Source: Chiloscyllium plagiosum
Taxonomy: Eukaryota
Direction: 5' to 3'
DNA: 64,000 bases
Assembly: GCF_004010195.1 (NCBI RefSeq)
Contig: NC_057719.1
Coordinates: 40,092,872-40,156,871, forward strand
The translations under genes were made by a program, and so were the position numbers. Of the stretch, positions 25,588-38,334 are shown piece by piece. The stretch's first letter is position 1. The number at the start of each line of letters is the position of its first letter. The notes below the pieces were generated by a model. That model did not search any database. It was not told where the DNA came from and was given only the letters and a program-made list of their open reading frames with translations.

Positions 25588-28056
25588 AAAGGAATGATGT
25601 CTACTAAATTTCCCAGAACAGTACATCTGTATCAACGCTTGAATCAAAACAGCAGCTACAGATTCTTTTTTCACGCACTATGCACACGGCTAATCATATC
25701 AATGATTCAGAAGACCAAATTCATTTGTTCTCATTGCACCTAAAATAATGATGCTACTGCTTGAATAATAAAACCACAAGTGGAGGCTAAGTACCAGAAG
25801 GTTTTAGAGTAGTGGCTCTCAAAATACGTTTATTAAAAACAAAAGGGAGCAGCTTTCAATAAATTCATTAAAAGTTTGTTGAACCTAAAAAGTTCTCAGT
25901 ATGAATTAATTTGACACTTATTTTTCAGTTTTCCATATTAAATCATTTTCTGTTATCTCTTACTTCATTAAATAGTATACTTTACTGGTTGATGAGGTTA
26001 TAACAAGTATTAAACAATAGAAGAGAGCTTAACTTGAATTCAGTGGAAATTAAAATGAAAATCTGTTTCCAAAATGGGCTGCCAAATCCAAACACTTTGC
26101 CTGGTTTTATGCCTGGTGATATACTGACTAAACCATCTCCTGTAAATCCAAAATGAAAGAGAGCTAAAGATAAACACTATTCATCAACTCGAATAACAAA
26201 ACATTCCCAGTTCTGTGACTTGCACACTAATTACCAGAGATAAATAGTATTTATCTGGTATTTTACTGAGATTGCATTTAACACAAGTAGCTTCGATAGT
26301 ATGCAACAATTTTGTTCCCTCATGGCAATTATCCAAAAACTTTTAAGGTTGCAGATTAAAAACAATAAAATCATATTCTACCTACTTTATTAAGATGCAT
26401 CACATACCTCAAAAAACTGCACAAAATGCTGAATTTATCAGAACACAACTTGTAACAAGACCACACACTGTACAAAACTCTGCTTGCCAAAGTACACAAA
26501 AGCAGCAGTTCATGTTTATTTGTGACGAAGAAACATTAACTTGATGATTGCAGGTGTTTTGCATACAAGGTCAAACTAAGCATTTCTAGATCACAATCAA
26601 CTTACTGTTACATTAGTTCAAAGAATATTGTATCATTTATACTTTACCTTTCCATGTGTGTAATTAGTTTTATTCCTGATATGAAGCTTTTGACCAACTT
26701 TTTTACATAGCCAAGAATTCTCTCTTGACTTAACGAAGCTCTGCAGTACCATTGCAACAAAATTCGTCATTTACTTTGCACTAATTATCAAACTTGAGAA
26801 AAAAAGAAAATGGAGGGAAATACAAAGAACAGGAGAAAAATGTTCCTGTCAACAGGAATGGAATTCCAAAGGAAAACAGTCTACCACCAGGTCTCTGTAC
26901 TAGGCTCAAATGGTAATCCACTTCACTGCATTAGCAGACGTCATTGGGTTCTTGTGATGCAGAACCAGCAGGCATACTTACGACTTTAACACCGATAAGA
27001 CGGCCCAAATAAAACAGGACAGCATTTTCTATTGACAGCAAATGGATATCAAGTACACTCTAATCTCTGATACATTTCAGGGAAAGAAGTTATATCAGTA
27101 GGTTAAAAAAAATCTGGATGCAGAATCATTGAAATGATAGTATGCGATTTGCAAAATATTTATTTACCGTTCCAACTTCACATCTTACCATTACACAATT
27201 AACTGTTAAAACATGCTCACTTTGTAGCTTCAATTTCGCAGCAGATTGCCACTTTTTGATGTAACATTTACAAGTTAACTTAGCTTTCATGATTATATAT
27301 GTACTGTACATTCCAGAACGTTATGCATGTCAAATGCAAGCAGTAACAACTTGAATTTACTACATAAAATTGCTACATAAATGGTCCAAAGCACATCAGA
27401 TGCCTGCTATTAAAGTAATCAATACAAAGCTACACAAAGAGATACAAGAAAGAGGTGGGTTTTAGGGAATAACTGTAAGGAGCAAAGATCACCAGAGAGC
27501 TTCAGGAAAGGCATTCTGGAGCTCATGATGTGGTCACCAAAGATGTTGTGTGGGATCTGAAAGACTCCAGAATTTGAGGAATGTGGATATCTCAAAGAGC
27601 TGTCAGACTAGCAGCAGTTACAAATAGAGGGTCAAAGCCATGGAGAATTTTGAAAACAGGTAGAATTTTAAGAGAATGCCATTGTTCGACTGGGAGTCAA
27701 CATCGGCCAGCAAGCACAAAAGTGGCGGGTAAATGAGACTTCATGCGAGTTACATTTCAAATTGCAGAGTTTTGGATCACCTGAAATTTACAAAAAGATA
27801 GAATCAAGGATGATGATCAGGGAAACTAATGTCAGCTTTCTCTGATTTTGTGCTGCATCAATGCAAAACAGCTCCCTAAACAAATCAGAATGGTAGATTA
27901 TAAACTTCGCCAAACATTTACATTTCCCTCAGGTAGAGCTTTTTAGTGGCACCACAGCTACAGCCAAAAATATAGTGAACTGTAAAACAAGCTTTTGGGA
28001 TATGCAGAAAAACTTCAAAATAGCCTGATTAAAGTTTTGCATGTTGTCAAACATAT

Positions 28057-28173
28057 GAGAGAGAGACACACACACACACACACACACAGAGAGAGACAGA
28101 AAGAGAGAGACAGAGAGAGAGAGACAGAGAGAGAGAGACAGAGAGAGAGAGACAGAGAGAGAGACAGAGACAC
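28057..28173. repeat. Compound (AG)n/(AC)n/(AGAC) microsatellite
   Basis: Directly visible. Confidence 0.95.
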
Positions 28174-29199
28174 TCATGCTGGGATTGGAAAGACAAGTTG
28201 GTGAGTTAAGACAAAGCTGGAAGATTTGTGTAGCTTTGTGCTAGGATCAGAGTGAGATCTGGTTCAACGTTCCAAAAGTTATACTTTTTATTTTTGATTA
28301 CCATGGAGATCAGTCATTGGACAAATTAACACGAGGCTGCCAATATACTTTTAACAAAAAGCAATGTTTATTATATAAAAGGAACAGTACAAACTGTTAA
28401 GTTATCCAGTCTCATTATAAACATCAGGGATTCAACCCTTTGATCCCAACAATTTTATGGATACCCAGATCTCAATGAAGAGTTATCTGTCTCCACATTG
28501 AAGCTCCTTCTCAGCTGACACAGTTATAATTAATTTCTTTCTGACAAATTCATACATTCAGTGAACACTATTTTCTCTAATGTTTACTACCAAAACTTTC
28601 AAATAAGCTGCTCCGTCAACTCACTTACTACTTAATATGGGCTCCTTAATCTCATGGCGACAGTTTTGCAAGGTGTCTCCCTCGAAGACATCACTACAGT
28701 CTTGTTTCTGAAATTTTCTTTGAAGCAACTCAGGACTTCTCCCCTAGTTATATTTTGGAGACTGCTAAACCAACAGCCTCTCTGCTGTGTTGGAGTATTT
28801 CTTTCTGAATTAAACGTTTTTCGGTCTCTTTTGCTCTGGTTTGTAAAACTCAAGTCAGCAAACACCTTAGCAATTGTCTGAGGCGTTTGCTCTTCACTTG
28901 GATGAAATCACACTATTTCTTGGAAATGTTGTTTTTAGCTCACTGTTCAAATTGAGGGACATTCTTGTAAAAAAGAACACAGTTCAGACCTAAATGGAAA
29001 ACATAGCAACAGTTACTATCACTAGAGAAAAAGTACAAAACAAACAGGGTTAAAAGCTTTGGATTTTAAAGGAAGCAGCCACAGAGATAATGGATGGATT
29101 TGTAGTAATCGTCAAGAAACCTTACACTCTGGAACGTCACAGAGGTTTGGAAAACACCCTTTTCCAAAAAGGAGGAAGACCAAAAAAATACTGACTATT

Positions 29200-30885
29200 G
29201 ACCAGCTACCTTTAACATCTGTCATTGCGGAAATGTTCAAATGTAGTGAACATTTCGAAATTTGTAAAATAATTAAGCCATGTTGGCACAGCTTCATAAA
29301 AGTGAAAACATATCAACAACAATGTTAAGAGTTGACATGGATAGAGAATTTGCAAACTAATAGAAGACAGAGTAGGGATAAAGAGGACACTTTCAGCATG
29401 GTAACATATAACGAGAGGAGTGTCACTGGGATCAGTGCAGGGATCATAATTAGTTACAATATATATGACTTAATGACAGAGCGAACATATTATCACCAAC
29501 TTTGTGGATGACTCAAACGAAGGCAAGTGGTGAAGAAGTCCACAGAGGCATACATACAGGTTAAGTGACCAAGTTAAAACTTTGCAGATGAAGTATTGAG
29601 TGGGAAAATAAGACGACATGCACATTTGATAGGAACAAGAGAAGAGCAGATTATTATTTCAATGGAGAAAGATAGCAGAAAGCTGCAGCATAGAGGGACT
29701 TGGGGATCCTCATGAAAGAATACAAAAAGCTCGCATTTAATTTGTGGGTAATAGTGAAGTCACATAAATATTGGCCTTTACTTCAAAGAAAATAGAATTT
29801 AAGTCTCATTAAAACTACGCAAAACACTAGTGAGACCACACCTGTGAACAGTTTTGGTCCCTTTATCCAAGTTAAGATAAACTGACATTGGCAACAGTCC
29901 ACACAAAGTTTACTAGGTACATTCTGGGTATGGAGGAATGGATACAGGAGCAGGGATGTCTGGCTGCAATTATATCGAGCTTTGGTGAGGCCACACTTGA
30001 AAAAGTGTGTGCAGTTTTGATCTCCTAATCTGAGGAAGGATGATCTTGCGATAGAAGGAGGGCAACGAACATTTACCAGACTGATTCCTGGCATGGCAGA
30101 ACTGACATATAAAGGGAAACTGGACTGGTTATGACTATATCCATTAACATTCAGAAAAATTGAGTGGCAGTTGGGGCAGAGAGTGTCACAGGTCTAAGGA
30201 TATGGGGTAAACCATTTAAGACTGAAGTAAGGAGACATTTCTTTACCTGAAGAGCGGTGAGCCTATGGAATTTATTATGACAGAAAGCAGTTGAGGCCTA
30301 AACACTGCATGATTTCAAGAAGAAGTTAAGTCTGAAGGGATCAAAGGAAATGACTCAAAAGCAGGAATAGGCTATTGAATTCCATGATCATAATGAATGC
30401 CAAAGCAGGTTTAATTGGCCAAATGGCCTATTCCTACTCATACTCATATTTTCTATGCTTCTATGGCTTTTGAGGAAAGTTAAGTAGGTTGGCCATATAG
30501 TCATTACAGTTCAGATGAATGAAGAGGCCTGACTGAAACAAATAAAACTCTTAGTGGACTTGACATAGTAGATGTGGAGAGTTTTGTTTTCCCTTATGGA
30601 TGAGTCTATGACCAGAGTGCATAATCTTTTGAGAGAGAAAAATAGGAGGAATTTCTTATCTCAAAGGGTAAAGAATCTGCGGAATTCTTGACTGCAGAGG
30701 GCTGGCAATTGTGTCATAAATGTATCCAAGGCTGAGATAGACAGACTTTTAATCACTAAATGGATAAAGGCTTATGGGGATGACACAGGAAAGGGTCGTT
30801 GAGGATGATCACATCAATCATCATCGCATTGAATGGCGGAGCAGACTCTAGGAGCTGAACAGCCTAGTTGTGCTTCTGATCTTAA
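29200..30885 (+). mobile_element. CR1 LINE with a nested second CR1 3' end (~29935-30465)
   Basis: Two RT C-terminal regions and two 3' tails. Confidence 0.75.
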
Positions 30886-31419
30886 GGTCTCATGGAAATT
30901 GAAATCCCTTTTCACTCCACCTTTAAGACCAGATTTTCCAAATAATAACAAGGTGTTGTAAGCCCTCATTACATTACAGAAAAGTCTCCAGCCTAAAGTG
31001 CACTGTGAAAGATCCTCCTGGAGTTCAAACTTTTCAGGCTGGAAAAGGAAAGCATTGAAAGTAAACCCTGAGGAGCTAAATATCACTTTGGACTGCTTCT
31101 GGGAGAATTGAACGTCCACTTAAAAGACAATGTGACACAGTCTTTTTGGAAATTAACTTTGGTTAAAAGCTCTGTTCTATTGTTAAATTTAAATTGCCAC
31201 CAAAAAAGAAGTTTTAATTAATACTGATATTTGTCTTTTGTTATAGTCAACATCCAAAGTGTGAAATCTTGTTGCATGAAATCTTTTGGGTCATCCATGC
31301 AGCAGTTAACTGGGATTTCAAAACTTTATCTTTTTAAAGATTCTTTGCTTCTTTACCAATTTTGAAGTATCCAATTAGAACACATGCACAAGCATACATT
31401 ACATAGCTGAGTGGAGACT

Positions 31420-33720
31420 TAACAGGACAGTCAGGAGCTGAAAATCTGCAACATGAGTCGCAGCTTAATTAATAATTTTTTGAAGAACAAGGAGGCAGTG
31501 TGTGTTTATTGGTCATGAATTACATGGTGGTAAGTTATTTGAAACATTTCTGAAGGACAAAATGTATCTACTTTTGGAGATAGCTGGATTAATCAGGGGA
31601 AGCGGGCATGGATTTGTTATTGATAGATCATATTTGGCAAATTTAATCAAATGTTTTTGAGGAGGTAACCAGGAGTGTAGAAGAGGATAATGCTTTTGAT
31701 GTGGTCTATATGATCTTTAGCAAAGCTCTAATAAAATCCTTCATGGCAGATTGGTCAACAAACTAAGAACCCACGTGATCCAAGGCAAAGTGGGGTCTTG
31801 AAACCAAAACTATCTGAGCAGGATACAGAGGGTGATGGCAGAGAGATGTTTACATGACTAGAATTCTGCTTGGTGTTGGAGCCCTTGCAGATCATGGTAT
31901 ATTAACAATTTTGACTTAAATGTAGAGGAGATAATCAAGATGTTTGCAGAAGACACAAATTGCAATAGTAAATGATAAACAGAATGATTGTAAACTGCAG
32001 GAGAATATTTATAGACTAGTCAGTTAGGTAAGGCAGTCGTAAATGGAATTCAGCCCAGAAAAGTGAGGGGTAATGCACATGGGGAGGTCTAACAAGGCAA
32101 GGGATTATAACATGATACTTTCAGAAACCTACTGAAGATCAGAGGCATCTTAGTTTATATATTCATGGATTTATAACAGGGCAGGTTGATTAGATGGTTA
32201 AGATAGCATATGGGATCCTTGCCTTTCTCAGCCAATGTACATAACACAAGAAGGATGAAGGATGTCACGTTGGAACTGTACAAAATGCTGGTCTGGCTAC
32301 AGCTGGGGAATTGCATGACATTCTGGTCATTACGTTCAAGAAAGGATGAGATTATATTCAAGAGGGTGCAGAAAAGATTTACCAGAATGCTGCCTAGGCT
32401 GGATTAATGGGAAGAAATGGAATAAGATAGAGTTGCTTTCCTCAGAGCAGCAGAAGCCATACATAAAAGTGAAATTAAGACAACGTTCATCACAGTTCAG
32501 TTAACAGCTCCTGGGCTCCACGAAAGCAGATTAAGGAACAATGGGAATACCCTGAAGACACAGCTGGGACAAGATCACCATTCCAGGACAAGACCTCCAA
32601 GACGGGCCGTTGGAATACTGGGCTGGAAGCCTCTGCTGAAAATCACCATGCCAAACAGACTACCTGCCAGGCCGCTGAAATATCTGGAAGCTGAAGACAA
32701 AAAAGGCCTCCACTTGGGGACGAGACCTCCAAGCCAGGTCAAGACTGCCACACCGGGAGACCACCATGTTTTGCAGAGACTGGCACTTCTCCTCCTTCAG
32801 GCAGCAAGGCCTAGCCATGGATCTGGAACCTCAGCCTCACTGTAAGCCCAGGCCAGAGGAGTCAGCCTGGAATTTGCTCCTCCCTTGCCGGGACACCCAG
32901 GACTAGGGTCGAGCCACGTCCGGTTCATCCTGTTGTCACTACCATTGCCGCCAGACGCCTCCTCCTTTACTGGTCACTCTCCAGACTTAGAAAGATACAA
33001 AAAGAAAAAAAAAGATAAAAAGAGCTAAACGATAAAAGAAGAAGAAAAAAAAGAAAGAGTAAGAAAGCTGATGGGAGCAGTTGAGTCCCAGGCTCTAGAG
33101 ATAAAGATAGAGTGGAATGGAATATTTCTTCCATTTGTAGAGGGACCAATAACTGGGGAATACATTTAAGCCAAGAGGTAAATGGTTAACAGCACAGTTG
33201 GGGTCATTTCCTCCCCACTCAGAGGATGATGTGATTCTGGAACTCACTGCTTGGTGGCACGGTGGCTCAGTGGTTAGCAGTGTTGCCTCTCAGCACCAGC
33301 GTCCCAGGTTCGATTCCAGCCTTGGATGACTGTCTGTGTGGAGTTTGCACATTCTCCGTGTTTGCGTGGATTTCCTCCGGGTGCTCCAGTTTCCTCCCAC
33401 AGTCCAAAGATTGCAGGTCAGATGAAGTGGCCATTCGAAATTGCCCATAGTGTTAGGTGCATTAGTTAGAGGGAAATTGGTCTGGGTGGGTTACTCTTCG
33501 GAGGGTCGGTGTGGACTTTTTGGGCTGAAGGGCCTGTTTCCACAATGTAGGGAATCTGGTCATCTAGTCTAAATGGTGGTCAAATCAGAAACATTTAAGC
33601 TGCATTTAGATAGTCACTTGTGTAGCCAAAATCTAGGGTTATGGGCTAAAAGCTGGAAAATAAGATTCACGTAGTCAGATTTTGATTGGGCAAGATAGAA
33701 CAAATAGACCTTTACCAACC
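31420..33720 (+). mobile_element. Decayed CR1 LINE with nested inserts
   Basis: DVTLELYKMLVWLQLGNCMTFWS..RVQKRFTRMLP. Confidence 0.75.
33253..33570 (+). mobile_element. HE1-like SINE
   Basis: GGTGGCACGGTGGCTCAGTGGTTAG head and family body. Confidence 0.87.
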
Positions 33721-35564
33721 AAAAAGAGGCTATGAGCTTGAACCTGATATATGAAACTGTATAAATTCTGTACATTATACTGCAAGTCAAAAGATAGTCA
33801 ATTTATAGCCACGAGTAAGATTTGAAAAAAACATAGTGACACTGATTTGCCAGCCATGGAATTAATTATAACAAATTATTTTTTCAGTTTTGTACTATAA
33901 TGTTTGTTTAGGGGTGAATAATTACATTGCACAGATCCCAGAATTTTTTCCAGCAATTTAGTTTGCTGTAGTCTTTATATTTGGGATACTTGTGATTATG
34001 ATCAAAGATTAATTACTAACTTCTCAGAGAGGTTAAGTCCAGAGGCCTAATCAGATTTAAATTGAGGCTTATCTTTCAGGCATTACATTATTTGCAAACA
34101 ATGAGGTCTCAATTTGAAAGTGCTTTGCATGGACATACAACATTCAAAGGTTACCAGCAAAAAATAACAAAGAACAAACTCCAAAAAGCATGAAGAATGA
34201 AATTTGCGCACAATGGATCAATGCTAAGGAATGGAAATTCCCCACATTTTGTAGCCATTGTCAAAGTGCACTGTATATAACAATGCTGGGGTATATTACA
34301 GTAACTATAAATGTACTTACTCTCAGAATTTACTCTTAAACACAACCCCCCACGAGGAAGAGATGGCTAGTACAGCTAATTAATGGAGATAATTCAAATA
34401 AATCAATGTTAAACACAGATTCAGGTAGATAAAAGGGGGAAAATATGGCCCTTAGTTATAGGCTTCACTCTCAAAACTCTCAGGCAGCCTCAAAAATGTC
34501 ACAGGATACAAGAAAGCTCCTCGGTGCATCGTTTAATGTGAACAGAGATACAGGATGGGGACAAATTTCTAAAGTGCTATTATGAGTGCAACTACTGTAA
34601 ACATCAATACATACACAACACATGCATGCCCCAATCCTAAATACTCTATTTTTAGCCCCACCACAACTAAGAATGTACAGTCAAATATGTCTTTTTAGTT
34701 TGCTACATAGGCTTAGAATTTTCTCCGCAAGATTTATGTCATAAACAAACTGTATAAAATACTAGGCTATCATTGAACCCTTAATGAATGCAAACTGTAG
34801 TTACTTTAGAATCCTACCCAAGAATCTGATTTACAAAGTACTTTATTTGAGCACTAAATATGCCATGACAAAAAATCATCTCACAATGTTGGCATGTGGC
34901 AAGTTAGTGAAAGCAATTCAATCTTCTGACTGCAGCCTTAGAAGTTGAACCAGTACTCCGAGGTGCAACTCTCCCTCCAATTGAGATCAAAATGAAATGC
35001 AACTTAATTAAACTTCAAAAAATTGAAAAGGAGATTTCTTACATAAATTCATTCTACTTCCAAATCCTTGCAAAAATTACAGATGATAAATAAAGCCTTC
35101 TTTCGTATAGCTTAAGAATATACCTCTTCCACCACTTTAGTAAAACTGCTTTTTTGGGACTCAAGCAGTAACACTTCAACCAACTTTTAAAGGTCAAGTG
35201 TAACATTTAATATTAATATCATGACCATTTATGACAATTTAAGATCACACGTTACTATTGGAGTACAGCTGTCTAGAACCTTGGCACAACCTCCTGGGCC
35301 AAAGGGCCTGTTCTGTGCTGTACTTTTCTATGTTCTAACCATCGCTTTAAACCCCTCAGAAGATCAACAGCTATGAACAAAATCAAAACTAGAGAAAACT
35401 TATACCTATGATACATGAACATGGGTAGCAATTTAACGTGAAGGTCAGAAAGGAGAGAATTTAAGAAAATTAAGTTGAGATGTTTTTAAAAACAAAAGTA
35501 AGATGACTACGCATATTACTTAAGAAAGTTTTGATTTTGATGTTGTTTTTCTAGGTTTCCACAA

Positions 35565-35847
35565 CAGTGGTTTAGTGGTTACCACTGTTATTTTACAGTG
35601 CCAGGGACCTTGGTTTATTTCCAGCCTTTGGTGACTGTATGGAGTTTGCACATTTTTAATGTCTGCTTGGGTTTCTTCCGTGCATTCCAGTTTACTCTCT
35701 CAGTCCAAAGATGTGCAGTTTATGTGGGTTAGCCATGGTAAATGTGGGATTACAGGGATAGGGAAAGGGATTGGGATGGTCTTTGCAAGGTCAGTGCAGA
35801 TTTGATGGGCTAAATGGCTTCTACTTGAACAGCTGGGATTCTATGAC
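35565..35847 (+). mobile_element. HE1-like SINE, old
   Basis: Diverged head and GGAGTTTGCACATT...CAGTCCAAAGATGTGCAG body. Confidence 0.72.
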
Positions 35848-36845
35848 CTTCGAATCTGTTAAGTTTAATTCCTCCACAGAATCTGACTTGTTACCCTGTA
35901 AGTATGACATCTATGTTGTATTGCATGAGCAGAAATATCCCACAACATATAGAAAGTCAGAAGCCATTGACCCAACCACCTTTCTCCACATTTTCTCTTA
36001 CTCAGCTAAAACGTCATCAGCTTTCAGGTCTCAAGCATTATTGACAACAGTAGTTAGTGTACAAGAGGAAGATTCTTCAATATATCCACCAACCATCCTC
36101 CTCAATGCTAAATGAAAGAAACCTCAAGCACAATAGAAGAGCAAAGATTGTGGGAAATTAAATAAAAACTTCCGATGGACAATTAGGTGGCATTTGTTAC
36201 CACCTGCAACACATTTTTCCGAATAAGTGAGTTTGAATTGTGATTTACCTAAATAGTTAGCCAGGAAGAACTACTCAAATTCCTGGCTAACTATAAACAA
36301 ACCCTTGGCTCTCAGCTCACCACTGTCAGCCTCCCCAATTTGCCTTCTGAACCCACCTCTCCCATTCACGTGTCTGGACCCTCCCCACATATCCCATACT
36401 ACTCCAGCACCTCTCTCAGGCTTCTATTCTGCTCTGGAGTTCATAAACTCTGACCAAATCTTCTTTCTTCCTTCCAATTCCAACATCACCATTCCCCCCG
36501 GGCCTTACACCAAACTGACTCTGACTCCTCAATCACTTCTTCTTAATCCTTCTCCAACGTCTACTCCCTTCCCTCAATCTGCTCTCAATCCTGATTCCCA
36601 ACCTGATTCTTCTCTCTGTTCCCCCTTCCCACCTCAACCTGACTATCCTCACTCCCCCAGCTCTGAAGATGAATTTGCTCCCTCTCTCTCCCCCCCACCC
36701 ATATGAGAACCTACACATTAGCTCTCCTCAAAAACAATGCTAAATTAAATGGACAATTTTTAATCTGAACCAGATCCTAAATAGAGATTTGAAACCAGAC
36801 CGAAAGGCTCAGTCTGGTGAACTGTTCCATACTTTGGGCACAGTC

Positions 36846-37162
36846 CAGAGGTGGGGAACCTTTTCATGTTGGAAGGCCGCATTATGTTAGCTGTAATCTA
36901 ATAAGGACGCATCCAAGAAACTTCAATTATATATTCTTCAAAATTCATATTTTTTAAATTGTGGCAGTCAGTCTGTGATCATTATTTCGTTGAATTTTCT
37001 TTTACTCTCTGGTATTTTAAATACATTCATTTTAAGATTAAAATAAAAATAATAAGTGACGAAAAAACATTAATAAAAAATAAAAGATTTGTTTTGCAAA
37101 ATTTGGATTCATTCAAAAGGCCACACACAATGGCCTAGAAGGCCGCAAGTTCCCCACCCCTG
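36846..37162. mobile_element. hAT-type MITE
   Basis: 14-bp TIRs CAGAGGTGGGGAAC / GTTCCCCACCCCTG (13/14), AT-rich interior, degenerate 8-bp flanks GCACAGTC / GGATAGAC. Confidence 0.75.
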
Positions 37163-37553
37163 GGATAGACCTTTTCAAGAGTGCTCCGTCAAAATCAATA
37201 CCAGCTTCATGTATTTGCAAATTATATTTTGACTTTGTTATTGGCAAGTACAAAAAAAAGGTAGATAATATGGTAAAGTATCATATTTCAAATACCTCAT
37301 ACTAGTACAGGTGCATCCTGCAAATCTTTGTGCTCTCAATCATTCCACATGCAAGATCATCAGGAACTAACTTTGTTCGCTGGTACTAAGGAAGTGAGAA
37401 CCATACTATACCCTTCAAACCAAAATGTTGGAAAAATCCACTGAAAAAGAATGAAAATACCCAATGTACTAGTGCATAAATTGAAATTTAATTCAGGAAG
37501 TTCATGATTTTGTTTTTGCCAGTGCTCCCTGATTTGAAAATGCTTCTATATGA

Positions 37554-37753
37554 AATATCTCCTACTCCTGCCCAGCATGCTGATTATTTATGTCAGATAA
37601 GACCAGCATATAGTGTAGATGTTGAATCACTGCCTTGTTTGATACAAACAAAACGACATGGACAAATTAATGTCCAGTGATTCAACATCTACACTATCTG
37701 CTGGTCTTATCTGACATTAATAATCAGTGTGCTGGGCAGGAGTAGGAGATATT
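37554..37753. repeat. Long inverted repeat (79-bp arms, 42-nt spacer)
   Basis: 37554-37632 is the reverse complement of 37675-37753 with 4 mismatches. Confidence 0.92.
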
Positions 37754-37911
37754 CCAGCTTTTGTATCAAACAAGGCAGCAATCTGTAACTGGTAACAGCT
37801 GCGGAACAGTTAGCTCCACATAGAAGTTACTTCCAGCAATAAGGGATGGCTTGTTCAAAGACTTTTGATGGGATACTCAGGACAATTCCAGAGCCACAGG
37901 GATTTTAAAGG

Positions 37912-38155
37912 ATGTCGAGAGTATGGTGCTGGAGAAGCACAGCAGGTCAAGCAGCATCGAACGGACAGGTAGGACAGGTCATGAGGGTGGTGCCAAGTTG
38001 GGAGGTTGGATCTAGGATAAGGTGTGGGGGCAGGGAAAATGAGGAAACTGGTGAAATCCATATTGATGCAGTGTGGTTAGAGGGTCCCAAGGTGGAAGAT
38101 GAGGTATTCTTCCTCCAGTTGTCAGGTGGTAGGTGTTCTTCCTCCAGTTGTGGTG
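37912..38155 (-). mobile_element. Penelope-like C-terminal fragment
   Basis: Minus strand reads QLEEEYLIFHLGTL*PHCINMDFTSF, joined to the GCTGCTTGACCTGCTGTGCTTCTCCAGCA terminus. Confidence 0.7.
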
Positions 38156-38334
38156 ATGAATACAGAGTTGAAGAAAAAGACAAAGTAGACTACATGTAGC
38201 ATTGCTATTTTTTAGGTGCAGCAAGTGAACTACTTGCAGAAGATCCAGTGAGGAATCACGAGCAATTGGATTGCATTGTTGTCAGAACTAGGAGGTTTCA
38301 GAAATTAATATGTAGCTAAGTGCTGGAAGTTTTT

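Noticed and set aside
26232..26260. Small hairpin TACCAGAGATAAATA/TATTTATCTGGTA
   Set aside because: Short and AT-rich, with no supporting context.
27929..28204. SL- and RE-repeat ORFs
   Set aside because: These are translations of the microsatellite.
36305..36706. 133-aa Pro/Ser-rich ORF
   Set aside because: C/T-rich low-complexity sequence with a non-ATG start and no recognisable domain.
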